Source: a virus
Lineage: Duplodnaviria > Caudoviricetes
Direction: 5' to 3' (one strand)
Virus record (IMG/VR): IMGVR_UViG_3300035501_000527
Span: 1,583 to 65,582 of that record
Length of the DNA stretch: 64,000 nt
In this document: piece after piece, positions 1 to 9,597 of the stretch
Layout: every line of letters starts with the position of its first letter
How positions within the stretch are numbered: position 1 is the first letter of the stretch
Notes under the pieces: generated by a model
Database searches by the model: none
Seen by the model: the letters and a program-made list of their open reading frames with translations, nothing else
Told to the model about the DNA's origin: nothing
Translations under genes and position numbers: made by a program

Positions 1-31
1 TATTTGTAAAATTTTAAAGGAGGTTGTAATT

Positions 32-580
32 ATGTTAGGATTATTATTTTTTGGAGCAGTGGGAGTATCAGCAATAAAGGCAGGAATTGACAATGCACAG
101 TGCATGTCTAAACCAAAATACAAAACGGAAAGAGGTTATAATGTCTATATGGACAGAACAGGAAAGGAATATATCAATGGAAAATGGGTATATGATTATC
201 CTGGCAAAGACCAATATGGAAATTATTGTACTGTATTAAGAGATAAAAATGGCAATATCTATTCCTCTACTGCTGATAGAGAAACACTTAGACAGAGAGA
301 ATTCGATAAAAAATCCTATGAGAGTTCAAAAGCAATTGCAGAAAAATTTGGTCATGGAAATTATTTCACATATGAAAAATATTTCCCTGAATACAGAAAG
401 AGATTAAGTGTCGAAAATACAACTGGCAGACCGGTTGGAAGAATAAAATATGATCATACTTCATATGGTGAAGGAATCAAGTATTATAAGTACTATTATC
501 ATGATGGATTGAAATATCGTTGGGATGAAAGTGATAAGGTAGAAATTACAAAAGAAGAATATGATGCAATATGGGATTAG
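32..580 (+). CDS. Hypothetical protein with N-terminal hydrophobic anchor
   Basis: ORF track; GGAGG RBS; hydrophobic N-terminus. Confidence 0.8.
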   Translation: MLGLLFFGAVGVSAIKAGIDNAQCMSKPKYKTERGYNVYMDRTGKEYINGKWVYDYPGKDQYGNYCTVLRDKNGNIYSSTADRETLRQREFDKKSYESSKAIAEKFGHGNYFTYEKYFPEYRKRLSVENTTGRPVGRIKYDHTSYGEGIKYYKYYYHDGLKYRWDESDKVEITKEEYDAIWD

Positions 581-587
581 TTATAAG

Positions 588-623
588 GAGCCATCAGAAA
601 AAATATAATCTGGTGGCTTTATT
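588..623 (+). terminator. Intrinsic terminator
   Basis: GAGCCATCAGA / TCTGGTGGCTT stem followed by TTATT. Confidence 0.65.
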
Positions 624-641
624 CCTATCCCCAGAAAGGTT

Positions 642-1142
642 GTGATAAATATGAGTAGATATAAAAATGGAAACCCAAAGAAAAAATCAAGATTTATTTG
701 TTGTAAATGTCTTCAGGAAAATATGATTGGTACAGGAATACAAAGAGAACATAAACAAAGAGAAAAGAATCATGTAAAAGATTTGTATTGTCTTGAGGAT
801 AAAGAAGTAACAAAAAATCTTGAAGTTAGATATTGTGATATATTTGAAGAAATGATGGACAAAGCTAGTGAATTACATATAGAATATTATGGAGAAAAGG
901 TGAAAGGGGGGGGTGAGATGATGGAAATAGAAACATATCAGGCAACACCTGAAAAGAATGGTAATGGAACTTTTTTCTTTACTGATTGTGGGAATGTGAT
1001 GTATTCTATTAAAAATGATTGGAATGCTTATCATGGATGTTTATGCCCAGCATGTTTATATAAAGGGAAACAAGTTGTATTATATATTCGTGGGTCAAAA
1101 GAGGCAAATGAATATTGGGACAATAAGTTGAAAAGAGAGTAG
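642..1142 (+). CDS. Hypothetical protein with two Cys clusters; probably two genes fused at a G8 tract
   Basis: CCKC and CLCPAC clusters; G8 at 906-913 followed by ATGATG. Confidence 0.7.
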   Translation: MINMSRYKNGNPKKKSRFICCKCLQENMIGTGIQREHKQREKNHVKDLYCLEDKEVTKNLEVRYCDIFEEMMDKASELHIEYYGEKVKGGGEMMEIETYQATPEKNGNGTFFFTDCGNVMYSIKNDWNAYHGCLCPACLYKGKQVVLYIRGSKEANEYWDNKLKRE

Positions 1143-1150
1143 GTGATAAT

Positions 1151-1366
1151 ATGGAAATTCCAAAGTATATATTGAAAAAGATAGATAGATTAAACAAGTT
1201 ATTATCAGATGCAGAAGATTTAAAAATTGATATTGAAAGGTGGGTTGAGAAAAATGGTGGTAATACACTTGATGAGGAATACAGAGATTGGGTAGTGGAA
1301 TGCTGTATAGGGTGTCATGGTATAAATTCAGAACCGTTACAGAGATATATGACGCATTTAGAATAA
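1151..1366 (+). CDS. Hypothetical protein
   Basis: ORF track; AGGTGA RBS. Confidence 0.75.
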   Translation: MEIPKYILKKIDRLNKLLSDAEDLKIDIERWVEKNGGNTLDEEYRDWVVECCIGCHGINSEPLQRYMTHLE

Positions 1367-1429
1367 TACTTCATGGTTATTTAAAGTAGATAGAAGAACT
1401 TTTCTATTAAGGAAATGGAGGTTGAAATT

Positions 1430-2062
1430 ATGGCTGTTGCAAAGGTCATTTTGAAATGTAAATATTGTGGTGAAGAATTTGCTTATAGAAAAGACTGTAT
1501 GAATAGAAAAATTGCAGATTCAACTGAAGAATGGGCAAAAGCTAATGTTGATGAATGTCCTGAATGTTATAAAAAGGGACTTCTGGAAATAAAAATGAAA
1601 AAGGAAAAGGCAAGTAGTGAGAAGTTTGCTCCTGCGCTTGCAGAATATAACCTCCCTAGTTTAAAAGGCACTGAAAAGCAAGTAGAATGGGCTAATACAA
1701 TTAGAAACAATACTTTAGGAATGATGTTAAAATTAAAGCCAAAGGAAAATTTCTGGGAGTGGGCAAGAACAAAAATTGATGCTAAATGGTGGATTGACAA
1801 TAGAAATGAAATGAATAATGTTTATGATTTTTGTTTGGCAATTAAAATAGACCAAATACCAAAACCAAAAGAACCGGAAATATTAAAAGGATATAAATGG
1901 AATCGAAAAATTTACGGAAAAGAAGATAATTATTCTATTTATCTTGATGGGAATAAGGTTGTAATCACTAATGAACAAGCGAAAGAATTAGAACAATATC
2001 TTTCAGCAAGAACGGAATATAATAGTAAGGTAAACGAAGTAAGAAAAGAGTATAATGTTTAA
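1430..2062 (+). CDS. Hypothetical phage protein with Zn-finger-like CKYC...CPEC
   Basis: ORF track 1415-2062; GGAGG favours ATG 1430. Confidence 0.8.
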   Translation: MAVAKVILKCKYCGEEFAYRKDCMNRKIADSTEEWAKANVDECPECYKKGLLEIKMKKEKASSEKFAPALAEYNLPSLKGTEKQVEWANTIRNNTLGMMLKLKPKENFWEWARTKIDAKWWIDNRNEMNNVYDFCLAIKIDQIPKPKEPEILKGYKWNRKIYGKEDNYSIYLDGNKVVITNEQAKELEQYLSARTEYNSKVNEVRKEYNV

Positions 2063-2079
2063 GAAGGAGGTAAGATGTT

Positions 2080-2799
2080 ATGATATTTGGAACAAATCCT
2101 AAATACGTGGAGATACTTATTTTAGCAAAGAAATTAGATGCTGCTAAAATCCCTTACGAAATGGAATATGGTGGGGAAGGATGGATATTATATTATCCTA
2201 GGCGTGATGATTATTCATCAAGTAAGGAATGTGTATGTATGGTTATGGAATATGATGGTTCTTGGGGAAGCGAAAATGATTTGTTGGAAGTCAGTGGAAT
2301 CCCGACTATGAAAAATGAAAAGGACTACACCGTATTTCCACAGCTCCAAGAAACTGATGAATATGAAGATGATGAATGGGAACTAGGAAATCTCCCAGCA
2401 GAATATGTGTATGACAGAATATCTCAACATTATTATGAGAACAAAGACATTATAGATGAAAAAATAAAAGGCAGATATTCTTTAAGAGAAAGCCATAAAT
2501 TGTCAAGTGGCATGGTTCATAAAGATGACTATTCTAATCTACCAGAAGATTTAAAGGAATTTAATTATTTTTATAATAATGGCAAAGGACATGTCATAAT
2601 GGGAATTGCCAAGTATCATTTAGATAATTGTGAAGAAGAAATGACAGAAGAAGAACTCGATGAATATGAGGAACCAATTCCGGTAAGGTTTGTTTTGGAA
2701 AACGGATATACAATATATAAAAACCATGTTATATGTAATGGATATTATGATGTTTCCAAAGGCTTAGTTATTGAAGATAAGTATTACGAACCATATTAA
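2080..2799 (+). CDS. Hypothetical acidic protein
   Basis: ORF track; AGGAGG RBS. Confidence 0.8.
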   Translation: MIFGTNPKYVEILILAKKLDAAKIPYEMEYGGEGWILYYPRRDDYSSSKECVCMVMEYDGSWGSENDLLEVSGIPTMKNEKDYTVFPQLQETDEYEDDEWELGNLPAEYVYDRISQHYYENKDIIDEKIKGRYSLRESHKLSSGMVHKDDYSNLPEDLKEFNYFYNNGKGHVIMGIAKYHLDNCEEEMTEEELDEYEEPIPVRFVLENGYTIYKNHVICNGYYDVSKGLVIEDKYYEPY

Positions 2800-2895
2800 A
2801 AATACCCGTACTTTAGAATTATATAAAAGATATGATAAATTTCATAATGTAAATATTAAAATGTAACTGAATAAAAGAATTGAAAGGAAGAAAAC

Positions 2896-3369
2896 ATGAA
2901 TTATTTTAATCATTTTACATTAAATACAAGAAATAATCGGAAAAGTTTTGCGTCAGAAGTTGATAAGGATATAGTATTTAGACTAATGCCAGTTGTAAAA
3001 CGTGCGATAGAAACTAGTGGTATATGTGATTTTATTATAAATGAAACGTCTATTAAAATAACTGTTGAGGATAATGATACATATGCTATGACTTTGTTTT
3101 TAGGTAAAGAATCAAATCCAGCACTTATTTCTTTTGGCACTATAAATGGTAAAAAAAGAAAAGAAATAATTGAACTGAGTAAGCCATTTGAAAAAATGAT
3201 AAAGCCTACCACATCTATAAGAACAGTTATTCCAGATGCTCCAGTAATTGTAGATATATTATTACCAGGAATAATGGAAAGGATGGATTTATTAGAATTA
3301 ACGGGAGATTTGTCAAGATGTATAGCTTGGATAGTATTATCTTCTGAGAGCATAATTGTAGAAAAGTAG
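2896..3369 (+). CDS. Hypothetical protein
   Basis: ORF track; GAAAGGA RBS. Confidence 0.75.
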   Translation: MNYFNHFTLNTRNNRKSFASEVDKDIVFRLMPVVKRAIETSGICDFIINETSIKITVEDNDTYAMTLFLGKESNPALISFGTINGKKRKEIIELSKPFEKMIKPTTSIRTVIPDAPVIVDILLPGIMERMDLLELTGDLSRCIAWIVLSSESIIVEK

Positions 3370-3391
3370 TTAAAAATAGGAGTGTGATATT

Positions 3392-3553
3392 ATGCCGTTA
3401 GTAAAAAGTTGTAAGACCTGTAGATGGGTTGGATGCAGAAATTATGGTAGAGAATTAAACGCTTGTGTTAATTATATTATGTCATTGGAAGAAGAAAAGA
3501 AAATTGAGAAGGAAAAACTAGAGTTGAGCAGAAGAAGAACAGAGATAAATTAA
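3392..3553 (+). CDS. Small Cys-rich hypothetical protein (53 aa)
   Basis: Manually translated MPLVKSCKTCRWVGC...; AGGAG RBS. Confidence 0.6.
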   Translation: MPLVKSCKTCRWVGCRNYGRELNACVNYIMSLEEEKKIEKEKLELSRRRTEIN

Positions 3554-3576
3554 TAGTTCTATATGAATCTAGTGAG

Positions 3577-3849
3577 GTGATTTTTATGATTTTGTATAGC
3601 AAAGACAATAATAAAATCAAATGTACAAAATGCAATCAGCCAAAATTTAAAAACTTTGATCATATTGTAGGTACAATTGATGGTAAGAAAATAAATTTCT
3701 GGTTTTCTATACAGAATAACGGAAGTAATTATTATTTTGAATATAATAGCCAATGGTACAGAACTTCTATTGTGACAGATGATGGATTAGATTTGTTTGA
3801 ATACATATATAATGATAGAGAAAAATTTTTTACAAAAAGAACTGAATAG
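3577..3849 (+). CDS. Hypothetical protein
   Basis: ORF track. Confidence 0.7.
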   Translation: MIFMILYSKDNNKIKCTKCNQPKFKNFDHIVGTIDGKKINFWFSIQNNGSNYYFEYNSQWYRTSIVTDDGLDLFEYIYNDREKFFTKRTE

Positions 3850-3889
3850 AATAAAGAGATTGAATTATTGAAACGAACGGAGATTAATT

Positions 3890-4042
3890 ATGTGGAGAAA
3901 ATGGAAAGCGATATGTGACAAGCATAATGAAAATATAGATTATGTCAATCAAGATGATTATTGGGATTATACAGAAATTCCTTGTATAATAATTACGTTG
4001 GTTGTTTGGTTTTTACTTATGATTTTGTTGATGAAAATTTAA
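3890..4042 (+). CDS. Small membrane protein (50 aa)
   Basis: Manually translated; C-terminal hydrophobic helix. Confidence 0.55.
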   Translation: MWRKWKAICDKHNENIDYVNQDDYWDYTEIPCIIITLVVWFLLMILLMKI

Positions 4043-4059
4043 AGTAAGGGAGAAATATA

Positions 4060-4284
4060 GTGTTTGATAAAGATTTATTTTCTTCAATATGCAAGGAATA
4101 TGGGGTTGAGTTTAGCAGAACAGCTACAGAACCGATATTTAAGGATGATAAAGATTTTACATATGAAGAACTGGAATTGTTAGAACGGTGTTTGTCAAAA
4201 TATTTCTATGATGTAGAAGGTACACCAGAAATTGTAGTTAGCTGCTACAATAAAATTCAAAAGAAAAAGAAAGAAACTGAGTGA
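4060..4284 (+). CDS. Hypothetical protein
   Basis: ORF track; GGGAG RBS. Confidence 0.7.
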   Translation: MFDKDLFSSICKEYGVEFSRTATEPIFKDDKDFTYEELELLERCLSKYFYDVEGTPEIVVSCYNKIQKKKKETE

Positions 4285-4294
4285 GGTAATTAGT

Positions 4295-4465
4295 ATGAAT
4301 GATAAAAACACGTTAAAACCAAGAAACAATGCTTCTTGGTGCTGTGATCAGATTGAAGAAAAGATAAAAGATTACAAACTGAGCCTTACAGAAACAACAA
4401 ATGAAGAAGTCAAAAGGCAACTTGAAATAATTATTGATGATCTTGAGGAAATATTATATGGGTAA
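4295..4465 (+). CDS. Small hypothetical protein (56 aa)
   Basis: Manually translated MNDKNTLKPRNNASWCC...; GAGGT RBS. Confidence 0.6.
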   Translation: MNDKNTLKPRNNASWCCDQIEEKIKDYKLSLTETTNEEVKRQLEIIIDDLEEILYG

Positions 4466-4540
4466 AAATATTGATAAAGTAATTAAATTATCACAAGATA
4501 TTTATTGTGAATAGAAGGTGAATTTTAAAAGGAAAAGGAT

Positions 4541-4711
4541 GTGATATTTATAAGAGTAAAAGACAAACCAAATAAAGTAAAAGCAAAATTAATCGTAGAA
4601 ATTGAGGGCGAATTTTACGATGATGAAGCAAGCGAAGAAACATTAAGATCTTGTGTGGAGCAAGATTTAGAAGATACCGGATATAATGTGATTGATGTTT
4701 CTGTAATGTAA
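4541..4711 (+). CDS. Small hypothetical protein (56 aa)
   Basis: Manually translated from GTG; AAGGA RBS. Confidence 0.55.
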   Translation: MIFIRVKDKPNKVKAKLIVEIEGEFYDDEASEETLRSCVEQDLEDTGYNVIDVSVM

Positions 4712-4740
4712 TTCTTAAAAATAAAGGAGATATAGATGAT

Positions 4741-5034
4741 ATGAAGAATGAAAAGTTTAAAAGTCTTATTGTAGACGCATATAAAAAATACAAAGAAGAA
4801 GGCAATTTATCTGGAATCCTTTATAGTGCAGTTTCTACATATGGATTTTCTCAAATTACTGATATTAATGGTCTTGTAGAATCAAGTCCTGCTGATATGT
4901 TGCATTTAAAATCTTTATTAACAGATACGGAAATAAACATATATGAGTACGACTTGGTTGATTATAAAATTAATAACAGTAGAAATATGATTTATATTAG
5001 AATGCGAAATAGTGAAACGGCTTTGATGTATTAG
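4741..5034 (+). CDS. Hypothetical protein
   Basis: ORF track; AAGGAG RBS. Confidence 0.7.
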   Translation: MKNEKFKSLIVDAYKKYKEEGNLSGILYSAVSTYGFSQITDINGLVESSPADMLHLKSLLTDTEINIYEYDLVDYKINNSRNMIYIRMRNSETALMY

Positions 5035-5075
5035 ATATTGAATCTAAGTTCTATGGTGATAGGAGGCTATAACAG

Positions 5076-5495
5076 ATGAAATATAATAAAACACAGATCA
5101 AAAAATTTGCGAAAGAATGTGCAAAAATAAATACAGAAATGTGGAATTTAATTTGCAACTGTGAAGAACTATTATCGAATCCTGTAGCAAAAGAATTAAG
5201 AAATAATTTAGCAGAGGATAATAAGAATTTATTATTACAAATTCATAATTGTTTTATGGAAGTGACAGATGATGAAGAGTCTATAGACACTGATTTACAT
5301 AGCGCAACATTGTCAGATGTCAGCTATTTAATATCTATGATAATTGAAAATGGGACAGAAGGTAGTAAAAATTGTTTATCGTGTTCTAATAGTTTTTCAG
5401 AGCCATCTGATAATGATGAAGGAGATATTCTTCATTGTATGCTTAATGATGGTAAAATTGTAGAAGAAAACAGCGTATGTAAAGAGTGGAATTGA
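5076..5495 (+). CDS. Hypothetical protein with C-terminal Cys motif
   Basis: ORF track; AGGAGG RBS. Confidence 0.75.
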   Translation: MKYNKTQIKKFAKECAKINTEMWNLICNCEELLSNPVAKELRNNLAEDNKNLLLQIHNCFMEVTDDEESIDTDLHSATLSDVSYLISMIIENGTEGSKNCLSCSNSFSEPSDNDEGDILHCMLNDGKIVEENSVCKEWN

Positions 5496-5520
5496 GTAGA
5501 AGCAGAAAGGATTATAACAA

Positions 5521-5724
5521 ATGGAAATAATATTAGGATGGCAAGTGTTTACCAAAGAGGAAATGAATAATGAAAATGCTATTAAGGTGTTTTCTGATAT
5601 GATACAGAATTTTGACAAAGACATTCCAAAATGGAAAGAAGATAGTGGGATGAGAAAATTGTTAGAATGCCAAAAAGATGCGTGTTATAAAGCTATTTTT
5701 GCTTTAAACAAAATGGTAGAGTAA
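5521..5724 (+). CDS. Hypothetical protein
   Basis: ORF track. Confidence 0.7.
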   Translation: MEIILGWQVFTKEEMNNENAIKVFSDMIQNFDKDIPKWKEDSGMRKLLECQKDACYKAIFALNKMVE

Positions 5725-5761
5725 CCATAGATTTAAATTTCTAAAAGTGGGGTGAAGTTGA

Positions 5762-6043
5762 TTGGAAAAACTTTTAAATAAATGTCCTATATGTGGAGCA
5801 AAATTGCAATATTCAAGGATGATGTCATTCTCGTTCGACTCCATAATCAAACAAAACGGAGAACTTTCTGCTAAAGAGAAAAAAGGAGAAGTTGGTTCAT
5901 TAGAATGTGGTTTTATTTCATGTATGAGTGATCATTGTGATTTTACAACGGACTGCGATTTGAAATGTTCTAATTATCCTCATATAAAAATATGGCAGCA
6001 AGGTTCGGCATTTTACTATAAAGATTCAAATGAAAATAAATAA
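5762..6043 (+). CDS. Zn-ribbon-like hypothetical protein
   Basis: CPIC and Cys-rich C-terminal half. Confidence 0.7.
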   Translation: MEKLLNKCPICGAKLQYSRMMSFSFDSIIKQNGELSAKEKKGEVGSLECGFISCMSDHCDFTTDCDLKCSNYPHIKIWQQGSAFYYKDSNENK

Positions 6044-6087
6044 TTACTATAAATTTAGATTTCTATAATATTTTAAAGGAGTTCTAA

Positions 6088-6312
6088 ATGGAAACTAATA
6101 GAAAAGAATGTGATAAAAAACTTTTTTGCTATGCAAAAGCTAATACTATGATTGGACATAAATTCAATGATGATGTTGCTTTATGTAGAGCAGAAAACTT
6201 AGAAGAAGCTATAAATATATTGAGTAATTATTATTCATTGGAAATTTTAGAAGGTAACGTAAGAGAAGTCGATTTTGACACAAATAAAGTTTATATTGCG
6301 ACTGATTACTAA
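6088..6312 (+). CDS. Hypothetical protein
   Basis: ORF track; AAGGAG RBS. Confidence 0.7.
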   Translation: METNRKECDKKLFCYAKANTMIGHKFNDDVALCRAENLEEAINILSNYYSLEILEGNVREVDFDTNKVYIATDY

Positions 6313-6399
6313 GACACTTACTAATAATATTTAATTTGAAATGCTTATGATTTTGTTGTATACTCGTTGAAGAAAAGTAGATAAAAGGAAGTAAATAAG

Positions 6400-6903
6400 A
6401 TGTCTGATGATAGTAAAATAGTAAACCCATTAGAAAATAATATGTGTAAAAATTGCGCATACGTATGTAATTACAAAAGAGAGCACATTATAAGTTGTAA
6501 ACAATATCTAAATAAAGAAGGCAAAAAGATACTATGTTGTGATATACATGTTTGTGAATTTTATAAACAAAAAGGACTTATAATAAATGAAAAAGAAACA
6601 GAGGAAAGAAGAGAGTTCCTGAGAGCAGTACAAGTTATAATAAATGCAATTCAGGATAGGAATTTAAGTAAAACTGATTATACGACAATAATGGAATTAG
6701 AAGATTTTTTAACAAAAGAGTTTGAGTTTGAATCTATAGAAACTAAAAATAAGAAAAAATGTGAGTCTATTGATATAGTGGTATCTCTGTTGAATAAACG
6801 CATAAAATTTTTAGAAGGAAGAGAATGGGCTGATGAACTTCTGGAAAAATTAAATGATGCAGTTAATACAGTAGAAGGCTTAAAATATTATACTAAATTA
6901 TAA
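6400..6903 (+). CDS. Cys-rich hypothetical protein
   Basis: ORF track. Confidence 0.7.
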   Translation: MSDDSKIVNPLENNMCKNCAYVCNYKREHIISCKQYLNKEGKKILCCDIHVCEFYKQKGLIINEKETEERREFLRAVQVIINAIQDRNLSKTDYTTIMELEDFLTKEFEFESIETKNKKKCESIDIVVSLLNKRIKFLEGREWADELLEKLNDAVNTVEGLKYYTKL

Positions 6904-6921
6904 ATGGTAATTTATAAACAC

Positions 6922-6956
6922 AAAGCATTTGGAGAAGTATTTTCCAGATGCTTTTT
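6922..6956 (+). terminator. Intrinsic terminator
   Basis: AAAGCATTTGGA / TCCAGATGCTTT stem plus T tract. Confidence 0.7.
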
Positions 6957-6978
6957 ATTATAGGAAAGGAGGTTTTAC

Positions 6979-7149
6979 ATGAATAATGATTTAGATAGAG
7001 AACAAAAAGCAAGAAATATTTTAAAAGATTTTTGTACGGATAACTCAAAATTGTATCAGATATTTCAATTGTACAAAGATGATATTAAAAAAGATTATCC
7101 ACATTTATATTATGCTTTGTTGGGTTGGCAAGATTCTAATATATACTAA
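6979..7149 (+). CDS. Small hypothetical protein (56 aa)
   Basis: Manually translated; strong AAGGAGG RBS. Confidence 0.65.
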   Translation: MNNDLDREQKARNILKDFCTDNSKLYQIFQLYKDDIKKDYPHLYYALLGWQDSNIY

Positions 7150-7221
7150 TATATACTAGGAATATAGAGAATTTTGTGTTATTATAAATACAAAAATTGA
7201 GGAAAGGTTAAGGTAAAAAGT

Positions 7222-7782
7222 ATGGAAGAGAAAAGATATACAGTGAAAAATTATTATAATGAAATAAAAGAAAAGAATATTCTAGCTTATGAACGTTTAG
7301 AAAAACTTCTTCAAAGAGAAACTACACATAAAGAAAATGTAGTCAATATTATTAATTGCTATCGTTATGTATTACTGAACGGTGGTGCCATTTACAATGA
7401 TAGCACCATTGAAAAAGAAACAGAGTTAGGGGAAATACACATATATGCAATATGGCATGATCGAGATGATTATCCTGGTTATCCTGCAATATTAAAAAAT
7501 CCACTTAATTATAATAAAGCAGAAGAGGCAGTAAGATATGTTTTTCCTCAGACAGATTTCGAGTATAGTGAAACAGGATATGCCTTCGATGTTCTTCTTA
7601 AAGATTGTTTTATTACAGATGTTATAAGAAGATTTTTAGAGATTTCAAGCGAAACTTTAGAAGAAATTGAGGAAGGCTTAGAAGTGGAAACAGAATATGT
7701 AATTGAAAACAAAGATTATATTATGGTAAAGTCATTAAGTGGTGAAGTGTTTGTTTTATATAAGGACTGGTTATGTATATAA
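7222..7782 (+). CDS. Hypothetical protein
   Basis: ORF track. Confidence 0.75.
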   Translation: MEEKRYTVKNYYNEIKEKNILAYERLEKLLQRETTHKENVVNIINCYRYVLLNGGAIYNDSTIEKETELGEIHIYAIWHDRDDYPGYPAILKNPLNYNKAEEAVRYVFPQTDFEYSETGYAFDVLLKDCFITDVIRRFLEISSETLEEIEEGLEVETEYVIENKDYIMVKSLSGEVFVLYKDWLCI

Positions 7783-8114
7783 TTGGATATATAAGATATA
7801 AATTAAAAAATATAAAGGATTATAAAGAATTCAAAAGAACTGGATATGAACAAATTAACATTACAAAGCAATATGAAAAATATCTTAGTTGCCATGATAT
7901 TAATGATATAACTGTAGAATTGTATAATGGAATTATCAATATCTTCAATGAATTAGCCAGATATGAGTTTTGGAGCAGTCAAGAAAGACATGAGATATGG
8001 ACGTTTTTATTTCATACTGTATCCTTAAAACTTGGTGATAAAGAAATCAAAAAAGTAGATTATTATAATAATTTGGTAGAAGTAATTAAAATTTTAGAAA
8101 AATATATGGAATAA
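7773..8114 (+). CDS. Hypothetical protein
   Basis: ORF track; overlaps upstream gene. Confidence 0.7.
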   Translation: MYIIGYIRYKLKNIKDYKEFKRTGYEQINITKQYEKYLSCHDINDITVELYNGIINIFNELARYEFWSSQERHEIWTFLFHTVSLKLGDKEIKKVDYYNNLVEVIKILEKYME

Positions 8115-8139
8115 AGCAGTGTATATACACTGCTTTATT
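8110..8139. terminator. Perfect 30-bp palindrome between convergent genes (bidirectional terminator)
   Basis: AATAAAGCAGTGTATATACACTGCTTTATT covers both stop codons. Confidence 0.7.
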
Positions 8140-8365
8140 TATTAACATCATCAATCTCAATATCAGACAATATTTGGTTATAGATTTTTAGCTTATCAGG
8201 ATGTTTATTAATGGCAACATAGTCCCTTATAATTTGGCAAAGTAGACTGCTAATTGACCGATCTTTTTTTATTGCAATTGCTGCAAATTCCTCTTTGAGT
8301 GACCGAGAAATCTTAAATCCGGTCTGAACTTTATCGGAAATATTATTTTCCTTGTTATTACCCAT
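8135..8365 (-). CDS. Ribbon-helix-helix (Arc/CopG-like) DNA-binding protein
   Basis: QTGFKISRSLKEEFAAIAIKKDRSISSLLCQIIRDYV pattern; GGAGGT RBS; own promoter. Confidence 0.75.
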   Translation of the reverse strand: MGNNKENNISDKVQTGFKISRSLKEEFAAIAIKKDRSISSLLCQIIRDYVAINKHPDKLKIYNQILSDIEIDDVNK

Positions 8366-8394
8366 ATGAATGACCTCCGTTATCTTATTTTTTA

Positions 8395-8423
8395 ATTATA
8401 TATTTATAGAAAAATATAGTCAA
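8395..8423 (-). promoter_or_regulatory. Sigma-A promoter of RHH gene
   Basis: Minus strand TTGACT-N17-TATAAT. Confidence 0.75.
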
Positions 8424-8516
8424 CTTTTTAATAAAAATTATAGTAAAATCATAATAAAGTTATAATAAACTGTTATTATTATGTTATACTTTAATTATAT
8501 AAATAATAAAATAGTA

Positions 8517-8545
8517 TTGACAAAATTATATAAAAAATTTATATT
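8517..8545 (+). promoter_or_regulatory. Sigma-A promoter of pemK-like gene
   Basis: TTGACA-N17-TATATT. Confidence 0.7.
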
Positions 8546-8674
8546 ATATATAAATTCTTATATATTTTTTTGAATAATTTTTTATATATTTTCCCCCATC
8601 AATATATAGAAACTTAATAACTTTTTGCGGAGATTTTTCTGCAATTTTCCATCAACCTGAAAGGAGGTTTGTAT

Positions 8675-9061
8675 ATGGAACTGGAACTTCATCGTTATGA
8701 TGTGATTGAAGCAGAGTTAAATTATGGTAGTGGTTCAGTACAATCTAAACGAAGACCATACATAATAGTTAGCAACGAGAAAGGCACTACTAATGCCAGT
8801 ATAATAACTGTAATGCCCCTAAGTACAGTTATTAAGAAACAAAGTCAACCAACACATAGTTGTCTGGAAGCGGAAACAGAAAATGGATTGAAAAGATATT
8901 CCATGATTCTCGGTGAGCAGCCACAAACAATATGTAAGAAAGAGGTAATTAAGAAACTAGGAACGGTAACTAATAGATTCCAAAAGAATAACATAAATAA
9001 AGTATGTTTTAATTCATTCTTTTTTGGAGAAAATATTAATTGGGAGGAGGTTTTTGCATAA
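8675..9061 (+). CDS. PemK/MazF-family endoribonuclease-like protein
   Basis: RYDVIEAEL..GSVQSKRRPYIIVSN..VMPLST family motif; AAGGAGG RBS favours ATG 8675. Confidence 0.85.
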   Translation: MELELHRYDVIEAELNYGSGSVQSKRRPYIIVSNEKGTTNASIITVMPLSTVIKKQSQPTHSCLEAETENGLKRYSMILGEQPQTICKKEVIKKLGTVTNRFQKNNINKVCFNSFFFGENINWEEVFA

Positions 9062-9336
9062 TGGGAGAAAAGGGTGTACAGCTTGACTTAGAGGGAGTCA
9101 ACAATATAATGAGTCATCTTAATGATGATGATATAGTTATTCTTACAACACTTAATATTAATACATTAGAACATTCTGAGAATCAAAGAATAACAAAGGA
9201 AAAAGGGAAAGAGTATATAAGTAAAGCAAAGGTGATTGAGTATCAGGATAATGATTATTTTGGGAGGTTGTCATTATTCGGAATCAGCCAGGATGAGGAT
9301 ATTATACATAATTTGTTGTTTGTGCAGAATACATAA
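9061..9336 (+). CDS. Hypothetical protein translationally coupled to PemK-like gene
   Basis: TAATG stop/start overlap at 9059-9063. Confidence 0.7.
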   Translation: MGEKGVQLDLEGVNNIMSHLNDDDIVILTTLNINTLEHSENQRITKEKGKEYISKAKVIEYQDNDYFGRLSLFGISQDEDIIHNLLFVQNT

Positions 9337-9365
9337 ATAATAAATATATTTTTGTATATATCCAA

Positions 9366-9394
9366 TTGACAAAATCGAACATGTGTTCTATACT
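9366..9394 (+). promoter_or_regulatory. Sigma-A promoter with LexA (SOS/Cheo) box between -35 and -10
   Basis: TTGACA-N17-TATACT; CGAACATGTGTTCT at 9376-9389 fits GAAC-N4-GTTC. Confidence 0.8.
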
Positions 9395-9408
9395 GTAGAA
9401 CAAACAAA

Positions 9409-9464
9409 GAAAGACTTACCCCAACAATCATTGAATTGGCGTTCTATGATGGGGAAAGTCTTTC
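9409..9464. terminator. Long hairpin with TTGGCG loop; leader structure on +, terminator-like on -
   Basis: GAAAGACTT/AAGTCTTTC, CCCC/GGGG, ATCAT/ATGAT; minus strand continues TTTGTTTGTT. Confidence 0.6.
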
Positions 9465-9597
9465 GGCAAAATAATACATATAACACAATTCAATCGAAAT
9501 AAATCAGAAAGAATTGTATTAGAATACGGCATCAATACTTACGAACTACAGTTGAGAATCTATATGTTACATAAGCTGAATAGCCATATATGATTAT

